62,223 nt of DNA, filler included, from an uncultured bacterium (GCA_964609495.1; 4 parts of 4 records of this genome joined end to end with filler, not necessarily neighbours in it); one strand, 5' to 3'. Counted from the whole stretch's first letter, positions 20,460 through 30,737 are shown. Program-made: numbers and translations. Notes: generated from the sequence alone by a model not told the origin.

Positions 20460-21343
20460 TTTAACACCTTCCTGACGAATGTAATCACCATAATGACTAG
20501 GAATATAACTAGCATAGTGGAGATAGCCGCAGCTTCTCCCATACGAAAGGTTTGAAAAGCTCTAAGATAGGTGTAGATGGGGATGACCTCCACATTACGA
20601 GATAGGAGCCAGATCTCATCGAACTTGTTGAAATTCCAAATCCAGCGCAAAACGACCGCCGCTCCGATAACGAAGGTCAATTCGGGTAAGGTTATATAGC
20701 GGAACTTAGCCCAAGCACCTGCTCCATCCACCTCCGCGGACTCGTATAGCGATTTTGAGATCGATTGGAGCTTAGCCAAGACCATTAAAAAAGCGAAGGG
20801 GAAGTTACGCCAAATATCGAAGAAGATGACCATCGGCAGGGCATATTTAGGCGATTCTACCCAATCGCGAGGGGAATTAAAGATAGGGATCACATCTACG
20901 AAGAGGTAATTAACATAGCCATAGACGGGGTGAAAGATATATTGCCAAGCAAAGACCAGGGAGATAAGGGGAGCGACATAGGGCAGGAGGATGATGCCCC
21001 GAGCTAACCTCCTCTGGGGAAAGGGATTATTCATCAGTAGGGCTACGATCACTCCCACTACAGTACTTCCTATGACGGTGCATATAGTATAGATCAAAGT
21101 GGTCCAAAAAGCTGACCAGAAGGAGGGATCTTCTAGAATCGTGATATAATTAGCAAATCCTATGAAACGAGCCGCTTTCCCTATGCTTACCTTATTAAAG
21201 CTGAGATAAATATTATAACCCACTGGATAGAATATTACTAAGGAGAGGAGAAGCACACTAGGGAGAATCAAGATATAGCCCAACCTGGCTTCTTTCTGCT
21301 CTATTGTCAACTCCCTCTTTCCCGAGGATATGGTACTCATCAC
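20453..21343 (-). CDS. Carbohydrate ABC permease (YcjO-like)
   Basis: YESAEVDGA loop; ISLVFAWQYIF..YGYVNYL recalls YcjO. Confidence 0.9.
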   Translation of the reverse strand: MMSTISSGKRELTIEQKEARLGYILILPSVLLLSLVIFYPVGYNIYLSFNKVSIGKAARFIGFANYITILEDPSFWSAFWTTLIYTICTVIGSTVVGVIVALLMNNPFPQRRLARGIILLPYVAPLISLVFAWQYIFHPVYGYVNYLFVDVIPIFNSPRDWVESPKYALPMVIFFDIWRNFPFAFLMVLAKLQSISKSLYESAEVDGAGAWAKFRYITLPELTFVIGAAVVLRWIWNFNKFDEIWLLSRNVEVIPIYTYLRAFQTFRMGEAAAISTMLVIFLVIMVITFVRKVLKW

Positions 21344-21380
21344 TCACCAACTGCCTTTCTAAACATAGACAAGCGTATTA

Positions 21381-22421
21381 CTAATCCCCACCTACCTCGA
21401 AAATCTCAACAGCTTCGCGCATCTTACCGATAATATCAACGTCGAAGGGACAGCGCTCCATACACTCACCGCACTCGGTGCACTCCGAAGCCTTAACTCG
21501 AAAACCAGAATATTCTGCCTTCAGTCCCTCGGTGATGCCACCCCGTGCCTGGTCCACATCCCAGATGACCCAACCGATTTCTATGTCCTGCGAACACGGG
21601 AGACAGTGATTGCAATAGACACACTGTCCTGCCAAATAGTTGTGGATGTTGGCAATAGCCTGCTTATAATCCTTTTCCTCCTCGGTCGCTTCCAGGTAGT
21701 GCAGGGTAGCTCGCAACTCCTCTCCGTTCTTGGCGCCTGGCACCGTAGTAGATACCGGTAGGGAAAGCACGTAAGCAAGACACTGGGCAGGTGTTATTCC
21801 TGATGGTTTGCCCTCGGCGAAGAGTAACGTTCCTCCGTGATAAGGTTTCATTGCCACAAGACCCACGTTCTGGTCAACGCAGGCCTGATACAGCGATTTA
21901 TTTTCCTCCTCAGCGTGTCCAAGCATATTGATCGGAAACATAAGGACATCGATTAACCCGCTATTAACAGCTTTTATGGCTGTCGAAGCAGTATGACCGC
22001 TCATTCCGATATAGCCGATGCGTCCCTGTTCCTTGTAGTGCAGCAGGTATTCCAGTGACTCCTGTGCCCATCCATTCCACTGTTCCTCCGTGTCAACCAC
22101 CCTGAGTATCGCAACCTCAGCATAGTCGTTTACGCGCGCAAGGTCGCCTTCAAAGCGACGCTGGGCCTTTTCCATATCGTTGAGGTAGGCAAACGCCCAT
22201 TCAACAGCCAGGATGAGCTTGTCCCGATATGGTCTAATCGCCAGAGCGAAATAGTCCCAAAATTTATCACCACTAGGAAGTATATCGATGTAATTGAGGC
22301 CCGCGTCAACGGCAGTGCGTATGACATCCTCTATCGTCTCCCTTGACACTTCGAGATGCTCCGTGCCCAATCCTATAACACTGACGTCCAATCCTTCTCT
22401 ACCCAGTTTGCGGTAATCCAT
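21381..22421 (-). CDS. Aldo/keto reductase with C-terminal 4Fe-4S dicluster
   Basis: VSVIGLG, IGMSGH, VAMKP; CVYCNHCLPC and CTECGECMERCP. Confidence 0.9.
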   Translation of the reverse strand: MDYRKLGREGLDVSVIGLGTEHLEVSRETIEDVIRTAVDAGLNYIDILPSGDKFWDYFALAIRPYRDKLILAVEWAFAYLNDMEKAQRRFEGDLARVNDYAEVAILRVVDTEEQWNGWAQESLEYLLHYKEQGRIGYIGMSGHTASTAIKAVNSGLIDVLMFPINMLGHAEEENKSLYQACVDQNVGLVAMKPYHGGTLLFAEGKPSGITPAQCLAYVLSLPVSTTVPGAKNGEELRATLHYLEATEEEKDYKQAIANIHNYLAGQCVYCNHCLPCSQDIEIGWVIWDVDQARGGITEGLKAEYSGFRVKASECTECGECMERCPFDVDIIGKMREAVEIFEVGGD

Positions 22422-22468
22422 AGCTATGTTCCTCCATTCTAAATAGTACTACATAGCCCCTTATATAG

Positions 22469-22497
22469 AGAGAGCGGATGTCTATCATCCGCTCTCT
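22469..22497. terminator. Perfect 12-bp stem-loop after SBP gene (mRNA stabiliser/attenuator)
   Basis: AGAGAGCGGATG-tctat-CATCCGCTCTCT. Confidence 0.65.
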
Positions 22498-22516
22498 AAC
22501 GCTCACTATTATAGCT

Positions 22517-23824
22517 TTACTCTTCCCCTGCTCTGGCTACCGTCTTCTCCATCTCCTCTTGAGCCCATTTGGCGACATCTTCAGGGGAAACTCCTTTCTG
22601 CGTCATCCTATTTATCGCATCTCCGGTGATGAATTGGGCGGAGATATCTCCAAATACGGGGAAGATCTGCCCGTAGGCGAAGGCGAAGGTCTTGATATTC
22701 TCCAATCCAGCGGCGATAGTCTTATAGGTCTCGCCCCAAGCTTGTAGGATCTCATTCCCCAGGAACTCCTGAGAGGTAGCGACCGATTTCAGCATAGGAT
22801 TGAATCCACCAGGGGCCATATGCATAACCTTGATGTAATTATCCTTTTCCATCAGGGATTTGATGAACTTCTCAGTGGCCTCTATCTCCTTCGAGCTCTT
22901 GAAGATTCCATAACCGCTCACCGGCCCGTATGAGGATTTAACCTTATGCTCGATATAAGGGGCGAATCCGGTCTTATTAACTAGATCGGGAACGACAGCT
23001 CCTTTGAAACCAGTTACACCTATCCCGATATCATCCATAATGAAGGTGGAGTAGAACATCATCGCCAAAGTTCCGTTCAGATATAGGTCTCGCGCGTCTC
23101 GCCAAGTGGTGGGGCCGGGAGGGGTGAATTTATCGATCTCATTATAGAAGGTGAGAGCCTCTATCATCTGGGGAGTATCGAAGGTGACGTTCCCCTCCTT
23201 ATCGAAGAGAAGAGCCTCGTTGGAAAGGGCGAATTGGGTGAAGACTTGCTCGGCATAGACATCCTTATCCGTTCCGATGACAATCCCATACACCCTGTTG
23301 GGAGCATCGTTAAACTTCTCGGCAGCCGCCTTTATATCCTCCCAAGCGAGAGGAGCCACCAGTCCAGCCTCGGCGAACCAATCCTTTCTATACCAGATAC
23401 CTTGCACCCAACCAGTGTAAGGTACTCCATATAACTCCCCTGCAGGACCGGTCAGATAATTTAAGCCACCCTTATAGAAATCATCTCTTCCCAGATCAGC
23501 CACTATAGATTCTGCCGCCTCTGTGCTTAAAAGCCCAGCTCCTCCGTAACGAAGGACCATCTCCTGGGAGAGGGAGGCTATATCAGGGAATACTCCCGCG
23601 GCCTCAGCGGTTGTCAGGCGGATCCGCATATCGTTCTCCTCTATAGGAACTTGCTTGACCTTGATATCGGGGTTCTCTGCCTCGAACTTCTCGATCAGGC
23701 TGGCGAAGGTCTCGACTCGATTCTGTTCAACCTCGCTGTGCCAGAATTCGAGATCGATTGCACTAGCATTTGCCGCTAGTAGAAGGAACAGGACAAGAAT
23801 TGAAATTATACTGATTCTTTTCAT
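22517..23824 (-). CDS. Sugar ABC solute-binding protein (YcjN-like)
   Basis: Signal peptide, LEFWHSEVEQNR, GWVQGIWYRKDW, MAPGG. Confidence 0.88.
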   Translation of the reverse strand: MKRISIISILVLFLLLAANASAIDLEFWHSEVEQNRVETFASLIEKFEAENPDIKVKQVPIEENDMRIRLTTAEAAGVFPDIASLSQEMVLRYGGAGLLSTEAAESIVADLGRDDFYKGGLNYLTGPAGELYGVPYTGWVQGIWYRKDWFAEAGLVAPLAWEDIKAAAEKFNDAPNRVYGIVIGTDKDVYAEQVFTQFALSNEALLFDKEGNVTFDTPQMIEALTFYNEIDKFTPPGPTTWRDARDLYLNGTLAMMFYSTFIMDDIGIGVTGFKGAVVPDLVNKTGFAPYIEHKVKSSYGPVSGYGIFKSSKEIEATEKFIKSLMEKDNYIKVMHMAPGGFNPMLKSVATSQEFLGNEILQAWGETYKTIAAGLENIKTFAFAYGQIFPVFGDISAQFITGDAINRMTQKGVSPEDVAKWAQEEMEKTVARAGEE

Positions 23825-23928
23825 TGTATTATCATCTCCTTATTGAATTTTAGGAAGTTATAATTTGCCTTCCGAATTTACGAGTCTCTGAAAGATATCA
23901 CCTCCCGATCTTATCTCTCCTATATCTA

Positions 23929-23957
23929 ATTATAGCAAACCTGTCCACCTTTGTCAA
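23929..23957 (-). promoter_or_regulatory. Sigma70 promoter of ABC operon
   Basis: Perfect TTGACA-N17-TATAAT with extended TG. Confidence 0.8.
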
Positions 23958-23972
23958 ATTTTTCGACCCCGA

Positions 23973-24158
23973 CGTAAGCATGTAGAATATTGTGCTAGCG
24001 GTTTGAACTCCCTTAAATCACCCTCCCCTAACCCCTCCCGTCAAGGGAGGGGGAAATAAAGAGAGCAATCTTATCTTAGTGTTCCCTCTCCCCTCGTGGG
24101 AGAGGGATAGGGTGAGGAGGAGAATCATATTCCCCAGCACAAAGTTTTACATGCTTCG
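23973..24158. mobile_element. MITE family A, copy 1 (186 bp)
   Basis: TIR AAGCATGTA...TACATGCTT; flanked by direct repeat GACCCCGA (23965-23972 / 24159-24166). Confidence 0.88.
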
Positions 24159-24234
24159 GACCCCGATGTTCATAATTCCTCTATTTGTTATATAATTATC
24201 TAGCCTTATAAAATATCCGCCAAAGGAAAATATT

Positions 24235-24263
24235 TTGACAAGTTAGTCTCTTTTTGTTACAAT
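24235..24263 (+). promoter_or_regulatory. Sigma70 promoter of uvrC
   Basis: TTGACA-N17-TACAAT. Confidence 0.7.
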
Positions 24264-24359
24264 ATATTATGATGAGAAAAGCTATCAGAATCGTATTCGG
24301 GTGGGGTATATTAACCATCAAGTAAGAGAGTTTCCCTCCTCGATTTAGAGGGTTCACTT

Positions 24360-26156
24360 ATGGATCTCCAAGAGAAATTGGAATTAATCCCTTCTAAGCC
24401 TGGCGTTTACTTGATGAAGGATAGTAGGGGAAAGATATTATATATAGGTAGGTCGGTTTCGCTATCTCATAGAGTTCGCTCATATTTTTCACCGCATAAT
24501 ACAGGTAAGGTAAAGAGGCTAGTATCCAGAATAGCGGATATCGAATTTATAGTTACTGACTCTGAGGTCGAGGCTATCATCCTTGAGGCTAATCTTATAA
24601 AGGAGAATCAGCCTCGCTATAATGTCCTATTAAAGGACGATAAATCCTATCCCTATATTAAACTGACGGTGAAAGACCTCTTCCCCCAAGCTTTTCTAAC
24701 CAGATCTCCCAAGGAAGATGGATCTAAATATTATGGCCCTTATACTAACGTTCGTGCGGCTAGAGAAACTTTGAGGTTGCTTCATAAACTATTTCCTCTG
24801 CGCCATTGCCAGAAGAAATTAAATGGCACGGAGAGGATGAAGCCCTGCCTCAACTATTATATAAAACGTTGTCTGGGACCCTGCACCGGGGAGATCAGCC
24901 CTGATGAATATCAGGAGATGGTCAAGGAAGTTGGGCTCTTCTTAGATGGGAAACGGGAGAAGTTGATTAAGAAACTCAGAAAGAGAATGATGAAAGCGGC
25001 GGAGGATTACGAATTTGAACGAGCGGCAGTTCTAAGGGATCGGATTCGAGATATAGAGAGGATATCGCAGGAGCAGAAGCTGGCTTCCTTCTCCAAAGAT
25101 GATCAGGATATTATAGCGAAAGCTGAGGAGGGGAATGAAGCTTGCGTGATGAACTTCTTCATCAGAGAGGGAAGGATGATCGGAAAGGAACATTTCTTCT
25201 TGACCGGAGTCGAGGAGGAGGCTGAAGGAGAGATATTAACCTCCTTCTTGAAGCAATATTACCTTCACTCCTCCTATATCCCCTCGGAGATAATCATCGA
25301 GCATGAGATCGAGGATAAGGAAGCAATTGAAAAATGGCTCTCGACGAAGCGAGGAAAGAAGGTCAAGATCTCAGTGCCTAAAAGAGGTAAGAAACTGAAA
25401 TTAGTGGAGATGGTGAAGAGAAACGCCCAGATAACTTTTGATAGCTCTCAACAGAAAAAACGAGTGCTTGAGGAGGCTATAGCACTGCTTAAGGATCAGT
25501 TGGGAATAGACAGAGAGCCTCATCTGATAGAGGCTTTTGATATCTCCAATATTCAGGGGAGACAGGCAGTTGGCTCTATGGTTGTATTCGAGGAGGGAGT
25601 TCCTAAGAAATCGGCTTATCGCCGCTTCAAGATCAGGACAGTCGAGGGAGTCGATGATTATGCGATGATGAGAGAGGTGATCGAAAGGCGGTATCGGCGT
25701 CTGCTCAAGGGGGAAGAGGAACCAGATCTTATACTGATCGACGGCGGGAAAGGGCAGTTGAGCGCGGCTCGAGAGATTTTGACTAAGCTAGAGCTAGCTT
25801 ATCTACCGACTATCGGCTTGGCCAAGAAAGAGGAACATATATTTATATCCGCTAAGGAAGAGCCGATCATTCTCCCCCGAAGTTCCCAAGCTCTCCATCT
25901 GCTCCAACGGGTTAGGGATGAGGCTCATCGCTTTGCTCTGAGTTATCATCGCAAGCTTCGGACTAAGAGCGAAAGGGGATCGATCTTCGAGAACATCCCT
26001 GGAATAGGTGAGAAACGGAGAAGGATGTTGCTCGATCATTTCGGAAGCTTGGAGAAGATAAGAGAAGCAACGGTTGAGGAGTTGAAAAAAGTCCCTGGCA
26101 TCAGCGAAAAGCTAGCGGGCAATATAAGGCAGGAACTAGATAAGTTGAGAAAGTAG
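24360..26156 (+). CDS. uvrC: Excinuclease ABC subunit C
   Basis: GIY-YIG (PGVYLM..LYIG), LKDDKSYPY, UVR domain, FDISN, IDGGKGQL, RDEAHRFA, HhH. Confidence 0.98.
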   Translation: MDLQEKLELIPSKPGVYLMKDSRGKILYIGRSVSLSHRVRSYFSPHNTGKVKRLVSRIADIEFIVTDSEVEAIILEANLIKENQPRYNVLLKDDKSYPYIKLTVKDLFPQAFLTRSPKEDGSKYYGPYTNVRAARETLRLLHKLFPLRHCQKKLNGTERMKPCLNYYIKRCLGPCTGEISPDEYQEMVKEVGLFLDGKREKLIKKLRKRMMKAAEDYEFERAAVLRDRIRDIERISQEQKLASFSKDDQDIIAKAEEGNEACVMNFFIREGRMIGKEHFFLTGVEEEAEGEILTSFLKQYYLHSSYIPSEIIIEHEIEDKEAIEKWLSTKRGKKVKISVPKRGKKLKLVEMVKRNAQITFDSSQQKKRVLEEAIALLKDQLGIDREPHLIEAFDISNIQGRQAVGSMVVFEEGVPKKSAYRRFKIRTVEGVDDYAMMREVIERRYRRLLKGEEEPDLILIDGGKGQLSAAREILTKLELAYLPTIGLAKKEEHIFISAKEEPIILPRSSQALHLLQRVRDEAHRFALSYHRKLRTKSERGSIFENIPGIGEKRRRMLLDHFGSLEKIREATVEELKKVPGISEKLAGNIRQELDKLRK

Positions 26157-26219
26157 CGCTCTTTAATTTTTCAGAAGCCCAATCTTATTTATTTTGGCTC
26201 TCTAAACCTTTAAAGCCCC

Positions 26220-26248
26220 TTGTATTTTACCCTAAAATTTGTTATACT
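26220..26248 (+). promoter_or_regulatory. Sigma70 promoter ~265 nt upstream of TPR gene
   Basis: TTGTAT-N17-TATACT with TG extension. Confidence 0.55.
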
Positions 26249-26253
26249 AATAA

Positions 26254-26421
26254 GGGAATTGTAATGTAGTGATATATCACTTAAAAGCCCAACTTTGACG
26301 GATAGGAAAATTGATCGAAGCTGGGAGACCTCAAGCACCTGCGTTTAAGTTGAATAGCCTGTAAAGGTTATTTTTAGTAAAGGTGATACTGTAGTTAACA
26401 GGAGCGATAAGGGGGTTTTTT
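26254..26421 (+). ncRNA. Candidate structured RNA/leader
   Basis: Nested pairings TGTAGT/ACTGTA, ATCACTT/AGGTGAT, CAACTT/AAGTTG, GACG/CGTT, AGG/CCT, TTGA/TCAA form a long rod after a promoter. Confidence 0.3.
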
Positions 26422-26514
26422 GACAAATAGAGGAAGAGCATCAAATCTGCAGTAATTATTCAAGTATAACTTAACTATCAGACTTGAGCTTTCTAAGAGG
26501 AGGATATATCTGAT

Positions 26515-28869
26515 ATGAATAGTAGCAGACGCTTTGTTGTAATCTTCGTTCTTTTGATATTAAATATCGTTTTTTTGCTGAATAAGGTAGAAGCGCTAGG
26601 ACCTCAAGAGCGAGCAGATCGTTCCTTTGAATTCGCCCAGGGCCTCCTCAAGAGGGAGATGTATGAGGAGGCTATTAAGGTCTTTCAAACTATATTGGAT
26701 TCCTATCCTGAAAGTGATAAGACTGATGATGCGCAGTTCTGGTTAGGAGAGTGTTATTATCACCTGGGTGAGTTTGAGGAAGCTATCGATGCTTATAGGA
26801 AAGTTATTCAGAATTATCCAACTAGTGAGCATCTCGACTATGCTCACTACTCTATGGGGTGGAGCTACTATCGCCTGGACGATATCGCCTCCGCTAGAAG
26901 GGAGTTCAAGAATGTTCTCGAATTTCAGGATAGCACCTTATTAGCTGAGGCGATATTTATGTTAGGAGAATCCTACTACAATGAAGGCGATTATGAGCAA
27001 GCCGCCAAGGAGTATAGAAAACTTGTCGATACCTATCCCGAGTCCAAAAGAGAAGAGGATGCATTATTTATGCTGGCGGAGAGTTATTATGCCCAAAAGG
27101 ACTACCAATCTGCTATATACTCCTATCAAGATTTTATACAATCATATCCTCAGGGCAGATATGCTGATGATGCTCAATTCGGATTAGGTTGGTGTTACTA
27201 CAATTTAGGGGATTATTCCCAAGCAATTCGAGAATATAAGAAAGTAATAGATAATTATCCCGATAGCGAGTTTGAGGAGGAGTCACGTTATAAGATAGCT
27301 TGGGGCTTCTATCAGATGAAGGATTATGAACAATCGGCTCTAATGTTTAGGCAATTAACAAAGGATTACCCCGAGGGAAAATTAGCGGCGGAATCCCAAT
27401 TTCTAGCTGGGGAATCGAGCTTCAAGGCTGGCGATTATGACCAGGCGATCCAAGATTATCAACAGGTCCTTTATGTATATCCCGATAGCCAATATGTCGA
27501 TGACGCCCTGTATGGGATCGGTTGGTCATACTTCAAGCAGAGCAATTATGAAAGCGCCAGCGAAGCTTTCTCGCAGTTAGCTATGGATATAAATAGCGAT
27601 CTGGCGCCAGAGGCTCAATATAGAGTGGCGGAGTGTGGCTATAATCTGAAGGATTATCCCCGCGCTCGGGAGGAATACGAGAGGTTAAAGATGAATTATC
27701 CCGAGAGCAAATTCGTGGTTGATGCTCAATATTGGATCGGCTGGACGTATTATAGAGAAGGTGATTACGAGCGAGCTATCGCCGAATATACGAGGCTGAT
27801 GAACGAGTATCCGACAAGCGATCTAGTTGACGACGCTCAATATTGGATCGGCTGGTGTTACTATCGGAGGGAGGATTTCTCCCAAGCGGTGGAGGAATTC
27901 CAGAAGGTGGTAGATTATCCGGGAAGCGATGTTGCCGCCGAGGCCCAATATATGATCGCGGAGAGTTATTATAATCAGAGGGAATATGAGCAAGCGATAG
28001 CTGAATATACAAAGGTTATCAGGCTCTATCCGACTAGCGATCTGGTTGATGATGCTCAATATGGACTTGGTTGGTCATACTTCGTGCAGGGACAATATTA
28101 TCAAGCGATAGTGGAATTCAGGAGGATAGTCGATGAATATTCCGATAGTGATTGGGTGGTCGATTCCCTATATCGTATCGGTGATAGTTTCTTTAAGCAA
28201 GATGATTACCTCCAGGCTATAGAGCAATTCCGTCAGATCTTAAAGGAACATCCGGAACATAGTATAGCTAGCGATGCGCAATATAAGTTGGGAGAGAGTT
28301 ATTACAAACTTAAGCAGTATGGTAAGGCTTGTGAAGAGCTTGAACGTTTACACAGTGGCTATCCTCAGAGCCTTCAGGTGGATGATGCCTTATATCTATT
28401 GGGGGAATCGAACCGCCAGTTGGGCGAGTGGGATAAAGCTTTAGACTATTATAGGGAGTTATTAAGTGTTCATTCGACAAGCGATCTGGCAGACGAAGCT
28501 CATCTAGGAATAGGTCGTTGTTACTTCGAGCAGGGAGATTATCGCCGAGCCTCCCAGGAATTTCAGTGGGCGGTTGATAACTCCGATGATAATGAAGTTA
28601 TAGCCACTGCTCAATACCTGGTCGGGGAGGCCTCTCTCGCTATGGGTGAGTATGAACAAGCGATCATTGATTATCTGAAAGTGGTTATCCTCTATCCCGA
28701 GAGCGAGTTCGCTTGTCTGGCTCAATTTAAAGTTGGAGAGAGCTATGAATTGCTTAATGACCCCCAAGAGGCTCAAAAGGCTTACGAAGAGATAATCTTA
28801 AGCTTTCCGGAGTGCGAGTTAGTTGATAAGGCTAAAGAAAAGATCGATCTGCTCTCGAGCCAAGAGTAA
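26515..28869 (+). CDS. Exported long TPR protein (~20 BamD/CpoB-type ~37-aa repeats)
   Basis: Signal peptide; repeated DDAQYWIGWxYY...YPxS units. Confidence 0.9.
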   Translation: MNSSRRFVVIFVLLILNIVFLLNKVEALGPQERADRSFEFAQGLLKREMYEEAIKVFQTILDSYPESDKTDDAQFWLGECYYHLGEFEEAIDAYRKVIQNYPTSEHLDYAHYSMGWSYYRLDDIASARREFKNVLEFQDSTLLAEAIFMLGESYYNEGDYEQAAKEYRKLVDTYPESKREEDALFMLAESYYAQKDYQSAIYSYQDFIQSYPQGRYADDAQFGLGWCYYNLGDYSQAIREYKKVIDNYPDSEFEEESRYKIAWGFYQMKDYEQSALMFRQLTKDYPEGKLAAESQFLAGESSFKAGDYDQAIQDYQQVLYVYPDSQYVDDALYGIGWSYFKQSNYESASEAFSQLAMDINSDLAPEAQYRVAECGYNLKDYPRAREEYERLKMNYPESKFVVDAQYWIGWTYYREGDYERAIAEYTRLMNEYPTSDLVDDAQYWIGWCYYRREDFSQAVEEFQKVVDYPGSDVAAEAQYMIAESYYNQREYEQAIAEYTKVIRLYPTSDLVDDAQYGLGWSYFVQGQYYQAIVEFRRIVDEYSDSDWVVDSLYRIGDSFFKQDDYLQAIEQFRQILKEHPEHSIASDAQYKLGESYYKLKQYGKACEELERLHSGYPQSLQVDDALYLLGESNRQLGEWDKALDYYRELLSVHSTSDLADEAHLGIGRCYFEQGDYRRASQEFQWAVDNSDDNEVIATAQYLVGEASLAMGEYEQAIIDYLKVVILYPESEFACLAQFKVGESYELLNDPQEAQKAYEEIILSFPECELVDKAKEKIDLLSSQE

Positions 28870-28940
28870 GTAAAGGCAAAAGTTTCCTTTAGAGGCTAAA
28901 AATAAAATAGGAAGGTGGGAGGATTCCTCCCCTATATATA

Positions 28941-30638
28941 GTGAAGAGATTATGCTTGGTTTTGGCAGTGGGAATTATAATATTTACCTCCGATATCACT
29001 TCGGCAATAGATAATATAGGAGGGGTAGAGGAGAGGGAGGAGAAGATACCGGTCTTCGAATTGGGGGAGATCGTGATCAGCGGCGAGGATGTATCGAAGA
29101 CAACTCCTTTGATCGAGAGAAGAGAGCCGGAGATCAAAGATAGCATCCCTTATAGGAAGAAAAGTGAGACCTCTTTCGAGAAATTTCCCCCTGATTTCGT
29201 TCTCTTCCGAGAGGAGTTTTGGAAGACTCTAAGCTTTTCTCAATTGCGTTATGCCCCAATCCCTCTAGCTTCTGACTTTATGATCTCTTATGGAACTTAT
29301 AGCCACTTGGAATATAAATTGAGTCCCACGGTGGGAATGGATGAGAGCGAAGGCAAGCTATGGTTTATTGCGGCTGGAGATATATCGGGTGGACATCGGG
29401 AGAATAGCTGGAATAGTTGGGGGGATTACTCAGGGAAGATGAGCTTCGCCTTTGGTCCTGGATTCGCCCTTAGTCTGACAGGTAAGTATTTCACAAGAAA
29501 TCTAGGTCTGCCCGGAACTGAGAGCCATCCCACTCCCAAAGCCGAGGAAAACGATAGATTCGCCTACTATGATTTGGCAACCAAGATAGTCGTTACTCCC
29601 AACAGCGAATTGGTCCTTAGAGCTTGGGGATATTCTCTTAATTCTCATCAGAAGGATCCCGATACTCCCCTCGAGGATAGCTACGATCTCAGCTTATTCG
29701 GAGGGGAATTGGAATATTCGATAGTATTTGCCCCTGATAGTTACTGGACCGCAGAGGCCCAAGTCTTCCAAGATGAGTTATCCCGTCCGATATCAAATGG
29801 GGAAATGGGAACCCTTACTCAGGAGAATGAGAAATACACTAACACCTCTATTTTCTTAGAGGGTAATATTAATTTAGGTGATAAATTGAGGACCACCGTA
29901 GATCTTGGGGCTGATATCCACTCCGAGTGGGGAACTAAATTGAGTCCTTACGGGACGATATTCTACGGGGAGAAAGAGGGAGAGACCTTTATAGTTTCTG
30001 TAGGGAGGATTTTCTATTTCCCAACTTTCTCAGATATATATACCCCTTGGGAATATTCCACTGCTGAACCTCCCTTTAATCCCCAGACAAGTATCTTTGC
30101 GGAAGCTGGAATTCGATATGCTTTCTCCGAGAGGGTTAGAGCCTGCGGAACTTTCTTTCGGCAAGAGATAGATAATCTCTTCTATTGGGCGGAGGATGAA
30201 GGAGACAAAAAGTGGAAACTCTATAGAGCGGATAATGCGACCTTATCTGGTCTTAAGCTAAAATTGGATAGCAAATTGGGTCGTGATCTCTTCAGCTCAG
30301 TTCGATATATCCTCACTACCTCCTCGATCACTGATAAGGATGGGAGTGGGCAGTTACCTTATCAACCCACCCATAATTTAGAGTTTACACTTTATTATCT
30401 TTCCATAAGCGGGTGGAAGTGGCAACTGGAAGGCAACTATCGAGGTGGAGAAGTTGCCAAAGATGGGAACTCTTTGGAGGGATATTTCTTATTAAATAGT
30501 AGGGCATTTATCCCCGTAACTGATAAAGCCAATATATTTCTAGCGGTGGACAATATAACGAATGCGGACTACCAAATTCCTAAGGGATATCCAGCGGAAG
30601 GGACCTCTTTTACCGCAGGCGCTACCTACTGGTATTGA
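28941..30638 (+). CDS. TonB-dependent receptor-like outer-membrane beta-barrel
   Basis: Signal peptide, TonB-box-like EIVISG, LPYQP, VDNITNADYQ..GYP, C-terminal aromatic residue. Confidence 0.7.
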   Translation: MKRLCLVLAVGIIIFTSDITSAIDNIGGVEEREEKIPVFELGEIVISGEDVSKTTPLIERREPEIKDSIPYRKKSETSFEKFPPDFVLFREEFWKTLSFSQLRYAPIPLASDFMISYGTYSHLEYKLSPTVGMDESEGKLWFIAAGDISGGHRENSWNSWGDYSGKMSFAFGPGFALSLTGKYFTRNLGLPGTESHPTPKAEENDRFAYYDLATKIVVTPNSELVLRAWGYSLNSHQKDPDTPLEDSYDLSLFGGELEYSIVFAPDSYWTAEAQVFQDELSRPISNGEMGTLTQENEKYTNTSIFLEGNINLGDKLRTTVDLGADIHSEWGTKLSPYGTIFYGEKEGETFIVSVGRIFYFPTFSDIYTPWEYSTAEPPFNPQTSIFAEAGIRYAFSERVRACGTFFRQEIDNLFYWAEDEGDKKWKLYRADNATLSGLKLKLDSKLGRDLFSSVRYILTTSSITDKDGSGQLPYQPTHNLEFTLYYLSISGWKWQLEGNYRGGEVAKDGNSLEGYFLLNSRAFIPVTDKANIFLAVDNITNADYQIPKGYPAEGTSFTAGATYWY

Positions 30639-30668
30639 TAATTTTCAGATATAAATTATTGAGGGAGT

Positions 30669-30717
30669 AAAGGAAACTTTTTTACCTTGAGTTTTATTGG
30701 AAGCAAAAGTTTCCTTT
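30669..30717. repeat. Family B palindromic repeat
   Basis: Near-identical to 644-691. Confidence 0.85.
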
Positions 30718-30737
30718 AAAGGGGGGGCGGAAACTCG

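Noticed and set aside
24304-24309. GGGTAT upstream of uvrC (and at 16942-16947) as further SigB promoters
   Set aside because: No GTYTAA box at 12-14 nt spacing.
27700-28080. Regularly spaced DNA repeats resembling a CRISPR array
   Set aside because: They are in-frame TPR coding repeats with ~111-nt period and synonymous variation; no cas genes or unique-spacer structure.
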